Of a stretch of 64,000 nt of DNA, positions 19,959-30,991 are shown one piece after another. The stretch lies in assembly GCA_045614665.1 (NCBI GenBank), contig JAZLDI010000021.1:20108-84107 (forward strand). Direction: 5' to 3'. The position numbers and the translations under genes are program-made. This stretch comes from Candidatus Enterousia sp. (lineage in GTDB: Bacteria; Pseudomonadota; Alphaproteobacteria; Rs-D84). The notes under the pieces are model-generated. The model was given only the letters and a program-made list of their open reading frames with translations. It had not been told where the DNA came from and made no database searches. Within the stretch, counting starts at the first letter, position 1; each line of letters opens with the position of its first letter.

Positions 19959-19986
19959 AAATCCCCGGCTTTGCCGGGATTTTTAT
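19957..19986. terminator. rho-independent terminator (bidirectional)
   Basis: aaaaatccccggctttgccgggatttttat. Confidence 0.6.
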
Positions 19987-20423
19987 AAATTACGATTTTG
20001 CAAGACGGCGGTAAATGTTGCCTCTGCTACCTTTTTACCAGACACCATTGCGATACCATGGAATTTGTATAATCTCATCTTGCTGGTTATTAATTCCACA
20101 TGCAATTCCAATTTGTCACCAGGATGAACCATGTGTGAAAATTTAATCTTTTCCATTGTGGTGAAATATCCCAATGTTTGGGCGGCCTCGGCTGGGTCCA
20201 TGCGTTTAAACGCAACAAAGCACGCCGTTTGTGCCAATGCCTCTACTTGTAAAACACCGGGCATAATTGGTTTGTCTGGGAAATGACCCGCGCACCAAAA
20301 TTCGTCATCGCGCACATATTTTATTCCAACCGCAGACGTATCCGAATATTCACGAATTTCATCAACCAGGCGCATATTTCCACGATGTGGGATAACGGCC
20401 TCAACCCCCTTGGCATCAATCAT
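19983..20423 (-). CDS. fabZ: 3-hydroxyacyl-ACP dehydratase FabZ
   Basis: Hotdog fold with HFPDKPIMPGVLQVEALAQ. 146 aa. Downstream of lpxD. Confidence 0.9.
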   Translation of the reverse strand: MIDAKGVEAVIPHRGNMRLVDEIREYSDTSAVGIKYVRDDEFWCAGHFPDKPIMPGVLQVEALAQTACFVAFKRMDPAEAAQTLGYFTTMEKIKFSHMVHPGDKLELHVELITSKMRLYKFHGIAMVSGKKVAEATFTAVLQNRNL

Positions 20424-20441
20424 ATTTATGTCTCCCTATGT

Positions 20442-21515
20442 CTATTTCTTTACATTCTTTTTTAACCAGGCATAGTGGCGCATAAATTCTGTGCCCGGAC
20501 CCGCCGGATAGCCCATATGTGATTGTCCATCTGGGATATTTCTGAAAACACCACTGTTTGCGCCGACCGATGCATCATTGCCGATCTTTACACCATTGGC
20601 AACGCCAACATGACCGCCCAATAATGCACGGTCACCAATTACAATGCCACCCGCCAGGCCCACGCCCGCCGCAATAAAGCATTCATCCCCGACAACAACA
20701 CCGTGTGCAATCTGACACAGGTTGTCAATTTTCGTTCCGTTTCCAATACGTGTGTCCGTCATAGCGCCACGATCAACACAGGTGTTTGCACCAATCGATA
20801 CCCGGTCGCCAATAACCACACGACCCACGTGCGGAATAAATACATTCTTGCCATTTTGACGGGTGTAACCAAATCCATCCTTGCCAATAACGGCATTTGC
20901 GTTAATTACACAGTCCGCGCCAATTGTTGCGTTTTCAATATGTGCACCGGTTTGAACAACCGTGCCCCGCCCCAGGACAACATTGCGCCCAATATATGCA
21001 TTTGGATAGATTTTGACATCCGCCTCAATCACCGCGCCACGTTCAATCGTTGCAAATTGTCCAACATAGACCGTACGTTTTTTGCGAAAGAAAACCCCAC
21101 GTGCAACATCTGCATTACGATGAATGCCAAAGCGTGGTTTTTCACGATATATTTCACCCAAGATTTTTACAATATTTCCACGTGGACTGTCCGTAATCAG
21201 CAACGTCGCCCCCGCCGGCGCATCTGCCACCTGATCTGGTTGTAATAAAATCACCGTTGCACGGGTGTTTTTCAACACATCTATCGGCAGGATTTTAAAT
21301 GCCGCACTGTTTCGTTCCGTTGAATAAAACGCCAACTGTCCTGCGCGCGCATCCGCAATCGGAGCAACGCCACGCACCGGTGCGTTTTTATCCCCTTGCA
21401 ATTTAAGACCGAATTTTTCAGCCAACGCCCCCGCCGTCGTTCTCGCAGCTTTTGGGCCAAATAAAAAAGATAGTATTTTTGACATAGCCCGATTATAGAA
21501 TAAAAAAACTGGCAT
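20442..21515 (-). CDS. lpxD: UDP-3-O-(3-hydroxyacyl)glucosamine N-acyltransferase
   Basis: Long left-handed beta-helix of hexapeptide repeats and an LpxD N-terminal domain. The start is probably the internal Met at 21485. Confidence 0.85.
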   Translation of the reverse strand: MPVFLFYNRAMSKILSFLFGPKAARTTAGALAEKFGLKLQGDKNAPVRGVAPIADARAGQLAFYSTERNSAAFKILPIDVLKNTRATVILLQPDQVADAPAGATLLITDSPRGNIVKILGEIYREKPRFGIHRNADVARGVFFRKKRTVYVGQFATIERGAVIEADVKIYPNAYIGRNVVLGRGTVVQTGAHIENATIGADCVINANAVIGKDGFGYTRQNGKNVFIPHVGRVVIGDRVSIGANTCVDRGAMTDTRIGNGTKIDNLCQIAHGVVVGDECFIAAGVGLAGGIVIGDRALLGGHVGVANGVKIGNDASVGANSGVFRNIPDGQSHMGYPAGPGTEFMRHYAWLKKNVKK

Positions 21516-21535
21516 CGCCAGTTTTTTTGTTAAGT

Positions 21536-22081
21536 TTACTTTGTGGCCTTGGCCGGTGCAACGATAATGGATTTTGTCCGTTCGTCGGGCTTTGATTTTG
21601 ATTCCAGTGTTCCGCGTTCACCAACAATTTCTAAAATACGTGCAAATAATTCAGGCACCGCATCCTTGCCACGGGCCAAAACTTTCTTGGACCCTTTGGT
21701 CATAACGGCGATTTTAACCTTGTTCCCGTCACCCAAAAATTCCAGAACCTTTTTCATTTTGATGTTCAGGTCATTTTCTTCAATAAATGGTTTTACCCAA
21801 ACCTCTTTCATTTCTGTGGTTTTTTGATTTTTTTTGGCCTCAGATGCGCGTTTTTTTTGTTCGTATTTGAATTTGCCATAGTCCATAATTTTTGTAATAG
21901 GTGTTGGACCATTTGCGTTCATTTCGACTAAATCCAGTCCCATATCCATCGCCATCGCAATTGCGTCTGCGGTTGACATAATACCCAGATTTTGGCCATC
22001 TGCGCTAATTACCTGAACGGATTTAGATGTAATCCGATTGTTCATACGTGGGCCGGCATCGCGGCGATTATCACGGTTCAT
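21536..22081 (-). CDS. infC: translation initiation factor IF-3
   Basis: IF3 N- and C-terminal domains (…[14 protein letters not shown]…). 181 aa. Confidence 0.9.
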   Translation of the reverse strand: MNRDNRRDAGPRMNNRITSKSVQVISADGQNLGIMSTADAIAMAMDMGLDLVEMNANGPTPITKIMDYGKFKYEQKKRASEAKKNQKTTEMKEVWVKPFIEENDLNIKMKKVLEFLGDGNKVKIAVMTKGSKKVLARGKDAVPELFARILEIVGERGTLESKSKPDERTKSIIVAPAKATK

Positions 22082-22136
22082 TGTTGGTTTAATAGTAGGC
22101 TCCTTTGATACACTATGCGCGAATTATTAATTATTT

Positions 22137-22949
22137 TTACGCGTTTTTCAACAAATTTTGTACATTTTGCAACGCATTCCATACATCACGCTTGGCTGCT
22201 GGTTTCAGTATAAGATAATTTGGGTGGTATATTGGCATTACTGCTGTGCCGTCTTTCATTTGTACTGACTCACCATGCGATCGCCCCAGATTAATCCCAG
22301 CAATCTCTGCCGCCGGCAGGGTTCCCAATGTTAAAATCACACGTGGCTTCAATAATTCAATTGCACGATTTACAAATGGACGTGCTAAATCAATTTCGTC
22401 GCGTGATGGTGTGCGTCCCCCCGGAGTTCGCCAAAACAGCATTGGCAGAATAGATACATTATCACGACTCATTCCAATTGCGGTCAACATCTTGTCCATT
22501 AAATCACCGTTCGCGCCCGTCAGAATTGCACCCGCCGCATCATCATCTGCCGACGGCATATCTGTGATGACAATCATACCGTTTGGATTTTGGGCGATGT
22601 GAAGCGGAATTGTGTTTGTTGCACCTGCGCGCAGCGGATGATTAAATTCGCAAATCATACGGTTCAGTGCATTTATATCTGTTGGACGTGCCGCCATTGA
22701 CTCTGCGGTATTCTTTGTCATTGGTGTTGTTGGGGCGATTGGTGGTACAACGCATGTCGCGGTCCGTCCCGTGGTATCGACAATTGGGGCGACCGCTTGC
22801 GATTGTGTGACAAGATTTGCCCGCACCAACGGCACATCGGTTATTTCCCAACGAATCCCAGCCAAATACAAATCCCGCAATGTTCCGTCTGTCATTTTTG
22901 TTTTTCCTTGATATTTCATAAGTTTTATTATACAATAGACCACGAGCAA
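22137..22949 (-). CDS. uracil-DNA glycosylase superfamily protein (family 4/5-like)
   Basis: C-terminal UDG-like core (GESVQMKDGTAVMPIYHPNYLI) lacking Fe-S cysteines. N-terminal extension. The start may be the Met at 22898. Confidence 0.55.
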   Translation of the reverse strand: MLVVYCIIKLMKYQGKTKMTDGTLRDLYLAGIRWEITDVPLVRANLVTQSQAVAPIVDTTGRTATCVVPPIAPTTPMTKNTAESMAARPTDINALNRMICEFNHPLRAGATNTIPLHIAQNPNGMIVITDMPSADDDAAGAILTGANGDLMDKMLTAIGMSRDNVSILPMLFWRTPGGRTPSRDEIDLARPFVNRAIELLKPRVILTLGTLPAAEIAGINLGRSHGESVQMKDGTAVMPIYHPNYLILKPAAKRDVWNALQNVQNLLKNA

Positions 22950-22972
22950 CAGAAACTCAAGGGAGTATTTTC

Positions 22973-23389
22973 ATGAAAATTAAAAACTTTGCTATGTTGG
23001 CTGGTGTTGCGGGGCTGTTGGCTGCTTGTGGTGGTTCCAGCATCGTTGAACCTGCTGATTTAAACGAACAGCGCGTATTCTTTGCGTTCAATTCTGCTGA
23101 AATTTCCGAAGATGCAGAAAACAATCTGCTGGGTCAGTCTTTGTATATGAAGAACCACGAAGACGTTAAAATCCAAATCGCTGGTAACTGCGACGAACGC
23201 GGTTCCACAGAATACAACTTGGCTTTGGGTGCAAAACGTGCCAACGCTGCCAAGCAAGTTCTGGTAAAAGACGGTATTGATGCAAAACGTATCTCGACCA
23301 TTTCTTATGGTAAAGAACGCCCATTGGTTCAGGGTTCTGGCGAAGAAGTCTGGAAATGGAATCGTAACGCAACAACAACTGTTAAATAA
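22973..23389 (+). CDS. pal: peptidoglycan-associated lipoprotein Pal (OmpA-like)
   Basis: Lipobox LLAACG and an OmpA C-terminal domain (NLALGAKRANAAKQVL). 138 aa. Confidence 0.75.
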   Translation: MKIKNFAMLAGVAGLLAACGGSSIVEPADLNEQRVFFAFNSAEISEDAENNLLGQSLYMKNHEDVKIQIAGNCDERGSTEYNLALGAKRANAAKQVLVKDGIDAKRISTISYGKERPLVQGSGEEVWKWNRNATTTVK

Positions 23390-23408
23390 TAGTGTTGTAA
23401 TTGATATT

Positions 23409-23437
23409 TAAATCCCGCTATTGGCGGGATTTTTTTG
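23409..23437 (+). terminator. rho-independent terminator after pal
   Basis: aaatcccgctattggcgggattttttt. Confidence 0.6.
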
Positions 23438-23530
23438 CATATATTGTGTTGGGACAAGTTTCTCTTTTCATTTATATTTTTTATTGTTATAGTTGAATTG
23501 CTAAAACAAAAAAACTAAAAGGATGGAAAA

Positions 23531-24196
23531 ATGGCAACAAAAACAAATGTAAATCTAGCGGCCAAAAGTTATGCAAAAACCGGCATAATTGCGGCAATTG
23601 TTATTGCGGTTGCGGCGTGTGGTGTGTGGTTGGTATCAAGCCTGAATGGTAATTCGGGGGCATCGGTCGAAGAATCAATGGAAATGGTATCGACAGATGC
23701 GGCAAATGCGTCAGACCTGCGAATCGCGGTTATTCGTATGGATGCAATTCAAAATGATGCGGTTGCATTAAAAGATTTGCGTAAACAGAAAGAAAATTAT
23801 GAATCAAAATTACGCGATGAATTGACCAAACGCCAGAAAGAATTAGAAAAAGAAAAAGCAGAAATTGAAAAATCCCAGGATGTTCTTTCTCGCGAGGCCT
23901 TGCAACGTCGTGTCGTTGATTATCAGGGTCGTGTAAATGAATTACAGCGTGATTTGAGCGAACGCGCACAGAGCATTGAAATGTCCTTCCAGAAGGCCTT
24001 AAATGATGTTCAAACAAAACATCTGGACCCGATTATAGAGGGTACAATCGCGAAAAAGAAATTATCTTTGGTCGTCGATGGTCGTTTTGCACGTACGGGT
24101 GCCGATGCGGCAAATCTGGATATCACAGACGAGATTGTAAAAGCACTTGATAAAAAAGTGTCCAAGGTAAAAATGGAAACCCCAAAAGGGTTCTAA
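23531..24196 (+). CDS. skp: OmpH/Skp-like periplasmic chaperone
   Basis: Signal anchor followed by a long charged coiled-coil (KDLRKQKENYESKLRDELTKRQKELEKEKAEIEK), typical of the OmpH family. 221 aa. Confidence 0.55.
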   Translation: MATKTNVNLAAKSYAKTGIIAAIVIAVAACGVWLVSSLNGNSGASVEESMEMVSTDAANASDLRIAVIRMDAIQNDAVALKDLRKQKENYESKLRDELTKRQKELEKEKAEIEKSQDVLSREALQRRVVDYQGRVNELQRDLSERAQSIEMSFQKALNDVQTKHLDPIIEGTIAKKKLSLVVDGRFARTGADAANLDITDEIVKALDKKVSKVKMETPKGF

Positions 24197-24202
24197 GAAA
24201 TA

Positions 24203-24229
24203 AAAATCCCGCGTAACGCGGGATTTTTA
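24203..24229. terminator. rho-independent terminator (bidirectional; skp / rlmN)
   Basis: aaaaatcccgcgtaacgcgggattttt. Confidence 0.6.
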
Positions 24230-25327
24230 CTTTGCGTTATTAAGGCGTAATTGACCACACGCCGAACCAATATCTGTACCGCGTTCGCGACGAATTCGTG
24301 TATGGATACCATTTTTAATAAGAATATCCTGGAAACGATGTACCGCGTTCCCCGATGGGGACGCAAAATCACGTTCATCAACCGCATTCCACGGAATCAG
24401 ATTTACCATACAATTTTTTCCCGCCAATAATTCAGACAGTTTTTCGGCATATTCAGGCGTCGCGTTATATAATTCTGTGTCACCATTTTCGTTGCGACGC
24501 CCCAGTAATATGTATTCAATCATTAACTGACGATTATGTGTGTCGGTAAAACGCCATGCCGCATCCAGAACCTGGCTTAACTTGTACTTATTATTAATTG
24601 GCATAATTTGCGAACGTAATTCGTCCGTTGGTGCGTGCAAAGATATCGCCAAATTAATCGGTCGACCCCATTCAATCAATCGCTCAATACCCGGCACAAT
24701 ACCACACGTAGAAACCGTTATTCGGCGCCACCCAATGCCCATATCACGATTTGCGCGTTCTATAAAGTCTATTACATTTTCTGTGTTTTGTAATGGTTCG
24801 CCTGTACCCATAATAACAATATGAGACACATCGTTGTTATTCGCATCGCCATTTGGACGAATTGGTTTATCACTAAATTTATCGCTACGCAATTCCCATT
24901 GTGCAACCAGAATTTGTGCAAATATTTCATTGGCGGTTAAATTGCGTTTCAGTCCCAGCAAAGTACTGGCACAGAAACGGCAACCCATTGCGCATCCTGC
25001 CTGGGAACTGACACAGACACTGTTACCATATGTTGTGCGCATTAAAACACATTCAATGGTTTCACCGTCGACTAGTTCCAACAAGAATTTCGTAGTTTCA
25101 CCATCTGCCGATTGCAGTTTTTTTATAATTTTTACCGGCAACATCTGGGCAACTGAATCCAGATCCCGTCGCAACACGTCCGGTATGTTCTTCATAGATG
25201 CTGCATCAGGCGCGCCACGCATCAGCCATTCGCGAATTTGTTTTGCACGAAACTTTGGCTGGCCCATATCGCCCAAGAACTGGGTTAATTCTGCATCAGT
25301 TAAATTAAAAAGTATCGGTTTTGTCAT
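24227..25327 (-). CDS. rlmN: 23S rRNA/tRNA A2503-C2 methyltransferase RlmN (radical SAM)
   Basis: CxxxCxxC (CAMGCRFC) plus RlmN N-terminal domain. 366 aa. Confidence 0.9.
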   Translation of the reverse strand: MTKPILFNLTDAELTQFLGDMGQPKFRAKQIREWLMRGAPDAASMKNIPDVLRRDLDSVAQMLPVKIIKKLQSADGETTKFLLELVDGETIECVLMRTTYGNSVCVSSQAGCAMGCRFCASTLLGLKRNLTANEIFAQILVAQWELRSDKFSDKPIRPNGDANNNDVSHIVIMGTGEPLQNTENVIDFIERANRDMGIGWRRITVSTCGIVPGIERLIEWGRPINLAISLHAPTDELRSQIMPINNKYKLSQVLDAAWRFTDTHNRQLMIEYILLGRRNENGDTELYNATPEYAEKLSELLAGKNCMVNLIPWNAVDERDFASPSGNAVHRFQDILIKNGIHTRIRRERGTDIGSACGQLRLNNAK

Positions 25328-25329
25328 AT

Positions 25330-26193
25330 TTATAACTTGTATCTGTCGTCGTTAATAACAATCACCGCTTTGCGGCGTAATTGTTTCAGTTGCTGGTCTG
25401 CCTGGAACATAGCGGATTTAAATATCGCGTTTTGTTTTATTATGTTGTCCAGGTCCCCATATTCTTTTGTTTTTTTTGCATCACATACCAATAAAATATT
25501 TCCATCCACCCGCGTTGACCAGGTTAATTTTTTCAACCCCGCCACACGTTCGCGCACATCCGCCGCTAATTCATATTGCATTGCGGTAAATTTTTGTGGC
25601 ACCCCCCCAAGGTCTTCGGCCATTTTTATTGCATCATCACAAGATTTTGGTCTTGTCAGTTTTTTTGCAATCGTATCTGGGATGTTAACCAGGCGCACAA
25701 TCGTCATTTCAATCGGCAACCCATGTTCGGTCGCCAGAGATATTTTTTCCGCATTAATTTCATCTGCGGTGACGTCAATTGTTGGCACAATTGTATGCGC
25801 AACCAATACCTGCCAGGCGATTTCAGATTTAAGTGCACTGCGCGCCATATCTTTTTCTGCAGCTGTCAATTCCCCCAGGTTCATTTTCTGTAATTCTTTA
25901 TCAACGTCGGCATCGCTTGGGGTGGCGCCAACATTTGAAGCGTGTGCTAATTTAACCGCATCATCAATAATTGCATTCAACGCGACACGACGATTGTCTG
26001 ATGAAGTTTTGCCTTGTTTAGCCATCAGGGTTGTACGCGATGTTATATCGGTATCTGTAATTGGTTTACCATTAACCGTTGCAACAACTGATGCTGCATA
26101 TGCTGGCATCGCAATCATCATTGATAAAAATATCAGTGCCTTTTTCATTTGTTTCTCTTTCCTTTGCGCTTTTTTAATATCTTTGGCCATCAA
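25330..26193 (-). CDS. surA: SurA N-terminal-domain periplasmic chaperone-like protein
   Basis: Signal peptide. SurA_N-like chaperone region without an obvious PPIase domain. Position downstream of lptD. 287 aa. Confidence 0.55.
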   Translation of the reverse strand: MMAKDIKKAQRKEKQMKKALIFLSMMIAMPAYAASVVATVNGKPITDTDITSRTTLMAKQGKTSSDNRRVALNAIIDDAVKLAHASNVGATPSDADVDKELQKMNLGELTAAEKDMARSALKSEIAWQVLVAHTIVPTIDVTADEINAEKISLATEHGLPIEMTIVRLVNIPDTIAKKLTRPKSCDDAIKMAEDLGGVPQKFTAMQYELAADVRERVAGLKKLTWSTRVDGNILLVCDAKKTKEYGDLDNIIKQNAIFKSAMFQADQQLKQLRRKAVIVINDDRYKL

Positions 26194-28201
26194 TACTCAT
26201 TCCAAATCTGAACTGGAATGTTGTTGTTCCTTCATAGTCTTCTTTGACCGCATTATCGCGACGGTATTCAACAGACAAATAATAGCATGGGTGTTCATAG
26301 AACAAACCACCGGTGTGTCGCTGAAAATCTCCGAATGTCATATTGTATATGCCATTCCATCGCAGTGCCCACCGATTGGACAATTGAATGCCGGCACCAA
26401 TAACGGCTTCGTTAATATTATCTTCTTTGGCCAGTGTTTCTTCAAACTGCTGTGACCATATATGTCCAATATTCAAGAAGTTTTTCGCCCCACCAATATG
26501 CAGCGAAGTTTCCATATGTCTCAGGGATAAATCTGTTCTGTCGAATCTGAAACGTGTTGCCACATCCAACCATTTGTTATTGTTGTATCCTATACGGCCC
26601 ACATAGTCTGATGCGCCGTGATGATAACCGCTGTTTGGATCCAGGGTTTTTGCACGGTCTGTTAAATCATATGCTTGCCCCAAGAATACCTCTGCATTGG
26701 TGCCGTTTTCATTGTTAAATGCGGAATATCGTACACCATAATCTGCAAATGTTCCATTTTCCCATAAATCATATCCAGAGAATCTATTGTCTGAAAATAA
26801 TGTTGAATCCGATAAAAATGTACCAGCAGAATCGGTATTTGAACCAAATTGTTCTTCCTCGGTCTTGCGCATAACTGTCAAACGTGCGCGTGGCTCAATA
26901 ACCTGGGTCCATGTTTGTGATGGACGGAACAAAGGCAATCCCCATTCAACATACCCACTTGGCAGAAAACGGTTTTTATATCCCGAAAAGTCGGCCGCAT
27001 CGACAAAGTCGGTATTATCAAAATGATATAAATCATATCGTGCATCCAAGGACAAGGTTAATCGATTGCCCCCCCACAATGTCCATGGTGATGTAATGCG
27101 TGCATCCCCGGTCACACGCTGTGATGACATGCCGTCCCCAGACACACCCAATATGTCTGTGATAAATGTCATATATGTTTCGTCAAATAACGGCTGTGTT
27201 TGGTATACGCCACGAATATTTGGCAAAATGTTCCCGCTTGGGATTGTGGAGTTTCCGCCGTATTCAGAACGCATTTCTTGGAATATATGCATGTCGGCAA
27301 CTGCATATGCAGATTGTCCAAATAATTCCAGTTTTGCCCCCGAATCCAAGTATGGCTGATCACTGTAAAATCCGTATTTTTGCAGATATGTCCTATCCGA
27401 TGCGCGTTCCAGGAATATTGTTGCTCGTGCATTATCTCCTAATTCTATTACGTCATCATTAAATATGTGCCAACGACTTTCACCCGCCTTGTTATACGTA
27501 TATGATGCCTGTGTTTCATATTCAGAATGCATCGCATTTAACCGATGTTCAATTTGAAACAGTGGGTTTTCTTTGGTCAGATACGACAGTTTAACCGTCA
27601 TGTCATGGGTGTCTGAAAAGTTCACATATAATGGGATGTTTATTTGTGTTCCCATTTTATTGGTTGATTCAAAATCTGGTGTTAAAAATCCAGTCTTGTA
27701 TTTTACGCCCGGGTCTGGCATTTCAAAGTATGGCAACCATAGCACCGGTATATTATATGCCCATAAAACCGGACTGTAAAATCGCAACATACGTTCATTC
27801 ATTTTATAGACAATTTTGTATGTTGAAATTTTCCAAGCATCACCAAATCCGTCACAGTTATCACATGCCGTAAACAGTGCATCCCGTGCCACAGTGGTAT
27901 TTCCAGTGCGTTCGATGTTCGCAGATTCAATATATACGTGTTCGCCAATCCATAATTTGATATCGTCACCTGTTAAACTTTCACCGTCCTGGGAAATATA
28001 AGAATCTACCAGCGTCATTCGCTGACCGGACTTGTTTACAATCTCTGTCTGGCCTGATGTTTTGATTGTGGCGTTATTTATATCATATTCAATTTTTTTT
28101 GCAGTTATTGTTTTTGGTTCGTCAATCCCAACAGACATACTGGCCATGGCAACGCCATATGTCGCAAGCAAGAATGATAAAAATGCGGATAACTTTCTCA
28201 T
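26174..28201 (-). CDS. lptD: LPS-assembly outer-membrane protein LptD
   Basis: Signal peptide, N-terminal OstA/LptD jellyroll, large C-terminal beta-barrel. 675 aa. Between lptG and surA. Confidence 0.85.
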   Translation of the reverse strand: MRKLSAFLSFLLATYGVAMASMSVGIDEPKTITAKKIEYDINNATIKTSGQTEIVNKSGQRMTLVDSYISQDGESLTGDDIKLWIGEHVYIESANIERTGNTTVARDALFTACDNCDGFGDAWKISTYKIVYKMNERMLRFYSPVLWAYNIPVLWLPYFEMPDPGVKYKTGFLTPDFESTNKMGTQINIPLYVNFSDTHDMTVKLSYLTKENPLFQIEHRLNAMHSEYETQASYTYNKAGESRWHIFNDDVIELGDNARATIFLERASDRTYLQKYGFYSDQPYLDSGAKLELFGQSAYAVADMHIFQEMRSEYGGNSTIPSGNILPNIRGVYQTQPLFDETYMTFITDILGVSGDGMSSQRVTGDARITSPWTLWGGNRLTLSLDARYDLYHFDNTDFVDAADFSGYKNRFLPSGYVEWGLPLFRPSQTWTQVIEPRARLTVMRKTEEEQFGSNTDSAGTFLSDSTLFSDNRFSGYDLWENGTFADYGVRYSAFNNENGTNAEVFLGQAYDLTDRAKTLDPNSGYHHGASDYVGRIGYNNNKWLDVATRFRFDRTDLSLRHMETSLHIGGAKNFLNIGHIWSQQFEETLAKEDNINEAVIGAGIQLSNRWALRWNGIYNMTFGDFQRHTGGLFYEHPCYYLSVEYRRDNAVKEDYEGTTTFQFRFGMSIDGQRY

Positions 28202-29292
28202 TTTTTTGCCAATATAATTAGTATTGCAATTAATAATACAAATTCCAGTCCGGCCAATATAAACAAGCCACTAAGACTTGCAATCATATTTGCACCCGAC
28301 ATAAACAATGCCATAACCACCGCCATCAATCCAACCGCAATTGCTGGCGCAACACTGGCCCGGCGACGCAACAATGACGAACGTAATAGAACGCATACAC
28401 ACAAAGCCACTAATATTAAATTCATAAACGGCATTAATATTCTGTTGGCTAATTCCGTCAGTACAGTCTTGTGACGTTTAATGTCGGGCGAATCCAACAC
28501 GGATTTAATAAGCGTTAATGTCGGTACGCGTCGCACTCGAAACGACGAGTTTCCTCCTTTGTCTACGACATTTAAATCCATATCAAATGTGTCGAACGTT
28601 CCTGTAACCATTGCATTTCCTGTCGCTTGCAGGGAACCATTCGTCATAACAATCGACAGGCCCCGCGTAGTCGACACCAATTTTCCTTTTTCTGCAAATA
28701 TCGTTTGCCAGGCTCTGGCATCGCGCTGGTCTGATAACATCACCTGGGCCAAATCATGTCCAGAAACCTTGTCAACGTAAACGACTAATCCGTCATTTAA
28801 TTCAGTAAACGCCCCTTCTTGCAATTTCATATGGGCCATACCATATCGCAAATTCCATTGTGTATCATAGAATTTTGATTGACTGACCGGTACCAGCCAA
28901 ACGCTTAATACCAAATGTAATATCGTAAGGACACCCGCCAGCCATAATGCCGGCATTGCAATCTGGCGTGGGGAAATTCCAGATGCCGCCATAACGGTAA
29001 TCTCGTTATCAGAAATCATTTTATTATATATGAATATCACGGCAATAAAGGTTACGAATGGGACAACAATTGACATAATAAATGGTATCATCAACGCTGT
29101 CAGTCCCAAAAAACTGCCCAAATTTACACCATAGTTCAAAAGGAACTTCATCATAGACATAATTTGAACCATCCAGGCCAGTCCCGTTAACACCATAAGC
29201 AACATAATAAATATAGCAATCAGTTGCCGCAAAAAATACTTATTAAGAATCTTCATATCACGCAGTATAAAACCCAAAAGCCCAACCGTCAA
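28198..29292 (-). CDS. lptG: LPS export ABC permease LptG/LptF family
   Basis: YjgP/YjgQ permease topology (6 TM plus periplasmic domain). 364 aa. Overlaps the lptD start. Confidence 0.7.
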   Translation of the reverse strand: MTVGLLGFILRDMKILNKYFLRQLIAIFIMLLMVLTGLAWMVQIMSMMKFLLNYGVNLGSFLGLTALMIPFIMSIVVPFVTFIAVIFIYNKMISDNEITVMAASGISPRQIAMPALWLAGVLTILHLVLSVWLVPVSQSKFYDTQWNLRYGMAHMKLQEGAFTELNDGLVVYVDKVSGHDLAQVMLSDQRDARAWQTIFAEKGKLVSTTRGLSIVMTNGSLQATGNAMVTGTFDTFDMDLNVVDKGGNSSFRVRRVPTLTLIKSVLDSPDIKRHKTVLTELANRILMPFMNLILVALCVCVLLRSSLLRRRASVAPAIAVGLMAVVMALFMSGANMIASLSGLFILAGLEFVLLIAILIILAKK

Positions 29293-29429
29293 ATAATATT
29301 CTACTTTTTCCTTGCATTTAATCGATTCGGTGCTAAAATAGGCTTGTTCTTAAAACAGTTTTTAAGGGCGGGGTTGAAAGAACCCCGCCTTTTAATAAGA
29401 TACGTAAACAAGTAGAAGGAGTTAAACAA

Positions 29430-30968
29430 ATGTCATTTGTTTCAATGCCGCGCCAGGATTTATTGCTTGCTATCGATTCCCTGGCCCAGGAAAAGATTAT
29501 TGATCGCGAAATTGTTATTGAGTCCTTAGAGGCGGCAATTGCAAAAATCGCAAAACACAAATATGGCGAAGAATTTAATATCGTTGCAAATATTGATCGC
29601 AAAAATGGTGCGATTTATGTCAAGCGCTTGTTTACTGTTATTGAATCGCCGGAATCTATGGGCGAAGAATATGATCCAAACACAATGCTGACGGTTGATC
29701 AGGCAAAAAAATATGCCAAAAGCCCAGTTGTTGGTGACGTTGTCGAAGATGCTTTGCCGGAACCTGAATTTGGACGTATGGCGTTCCAGACCGCAAAACA
29801 AATTATGACAACGCGCGTCCGTGACGCAGAAAAGGGTCGCCAATTCGAAGAATTCAAAGATAATATTGGCGATATTGTCAGTGGTGTTGTTAAACGTATT
29901 GAATTTGGCAATATCTTTGTTGACATTAATGGCAAGGCCGAAGGTTATATCAAAGGATCTGAATTAATCCCGGGCGAGCGTTTGAATGTTGGTGACCGTG
30001 TTCGTGCATTAATTATGGATGTTGCGCGTTCTAATTCTGGACCGCAAATTTTCTTGACTCGTACACATCCAATGTTTATGGAAAAATTGTTTGTCCAAGA
30101 AGTGCCTGAAATTTATGAAGGTATTATCAAAATCAAATCTGTTGCGCGTGCACCGGGCTCACACGCCAAGATTGCGGTTGAAACAGCTGATCCATCGATT
30201 GATGCGGTTGGTATGACCGTCGGTATCAAGGGTACACGTATTCAGCCGGTTATTAATGAATGTCACGGCGAAAAGATTGACGTTATTTTGTATTCCGAAG
30301 ATCCGGCCGTGTTTATCGTAAACGCAATGCAACCGGCCAAGGTCGCAAAAATTATCGTTGACGAAGATACTCGCACTGCTGCCGTTGTTGTTACCGAAGA
30401 TCAACAATCATTGGCAATTGGTCGCCGTGGTCAGAATGTTCGCCTGGCATCTCAGCTGACGGGGTGGAACATCGACGTTATGAACGAGGCTGAGGAACAA
30501 GAACGTCGCGCTAAAGAATTCAAAGAAAAGACAGAATTGTTTATTCGTGGTCTGGACGTTGACGAAATGATTGCACACCTGTTGATTACCGAAGGGTTCC
30601 GTACAATCGAAGAAATTGCATTTGTTGAATCCAGTGAATTGGAATCAATCGAAGGCTTTAATTCAGAATTAGCGGCCGAATTACAAAAACGCGCAAAAGA
30701 TTACCTGGACAAAATCGAACAAGATTATTTGGACGAAGGACATAAACTTGGGATGTCAGACGATTTGTTGACATTTACATTTATCAAGCGTCCAACAATA
30801 ATGCAATTGGGTGCAGCTGGTATTAAATCATTGGATGATTTGGCAGATCTGGCATCTGATGAATTGGTTGAAATCTTGGGCGAAGATAATATGTCAAACC
30901 GCCTGGCGGGACGCATCATTATGAAAGCGCGCGAGGTTGCATACGGCATAACCCAGGACGAGGAATAA
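29430..30968 (+). CDS. nusA: transcription termination/antitermination factor NusA
   Basis: NusA N-terminal domain, S1, KH1/KH2 and C-terminal acidic repeats. 512 aa. Confidence 0.95.
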   Translation: MSFVSMPRQDLLLAIDSLAQEKIIDREIVIESLEAAIAKIAKHKYGEEFNIVANIDRKNGAIYVKRLFTVIESPESMGEEYDPNTMLTVDQAKKYAKSPVVGDVVEDALPEPEFGRMAFQTAKQIMTTRVRDAEKGRQFEEFKDNIGDIVSGVVKRIEFGNIFVDINGKAEGYIKGSELIPGERLNVGDRVRALIMDVARSNSGPQIFLTRTHPMFMEKLFVQEVPEIYEGIIKIKSVARAPGSHAKIAVETADPSIDAVGMTVGIKGTRIQPVINECHGEKIDVILYSEDPAVFIVNAMQPAKVAKIIVDEDTRTAAVVVTEDQQSLAIGRRGQNVRLASQLTGWNIDVMNEAEEQERRAKEFKEKTELFIRGLDVDEMIAHLLITEGFRTIEEIAFVESSELESIEGFNSELAAELQKRAKDYLDKIEQDYLDEGHKLGMSDDLLTFTFIKRPTIMQLGAAGIKSLDDLADLASDELVEILGEDNMSNRLAGRIIMKAREVAYGITQDEE

Positions 30969-30991
30969 ATATTTAGTAGTGGAGTAGTTTT

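Noticed and set aside
22137-22949. Possible fusion or frameshift in the uracil-DNA-glycosylase-like gene because of its roughly 100-aa N-terminal extension
   Set aside because: There is a single uninterrupted frame and the extension has normal composition. Extended family-4/5 UDG-like proteins are common, so there is no evidence of a pseudogene.
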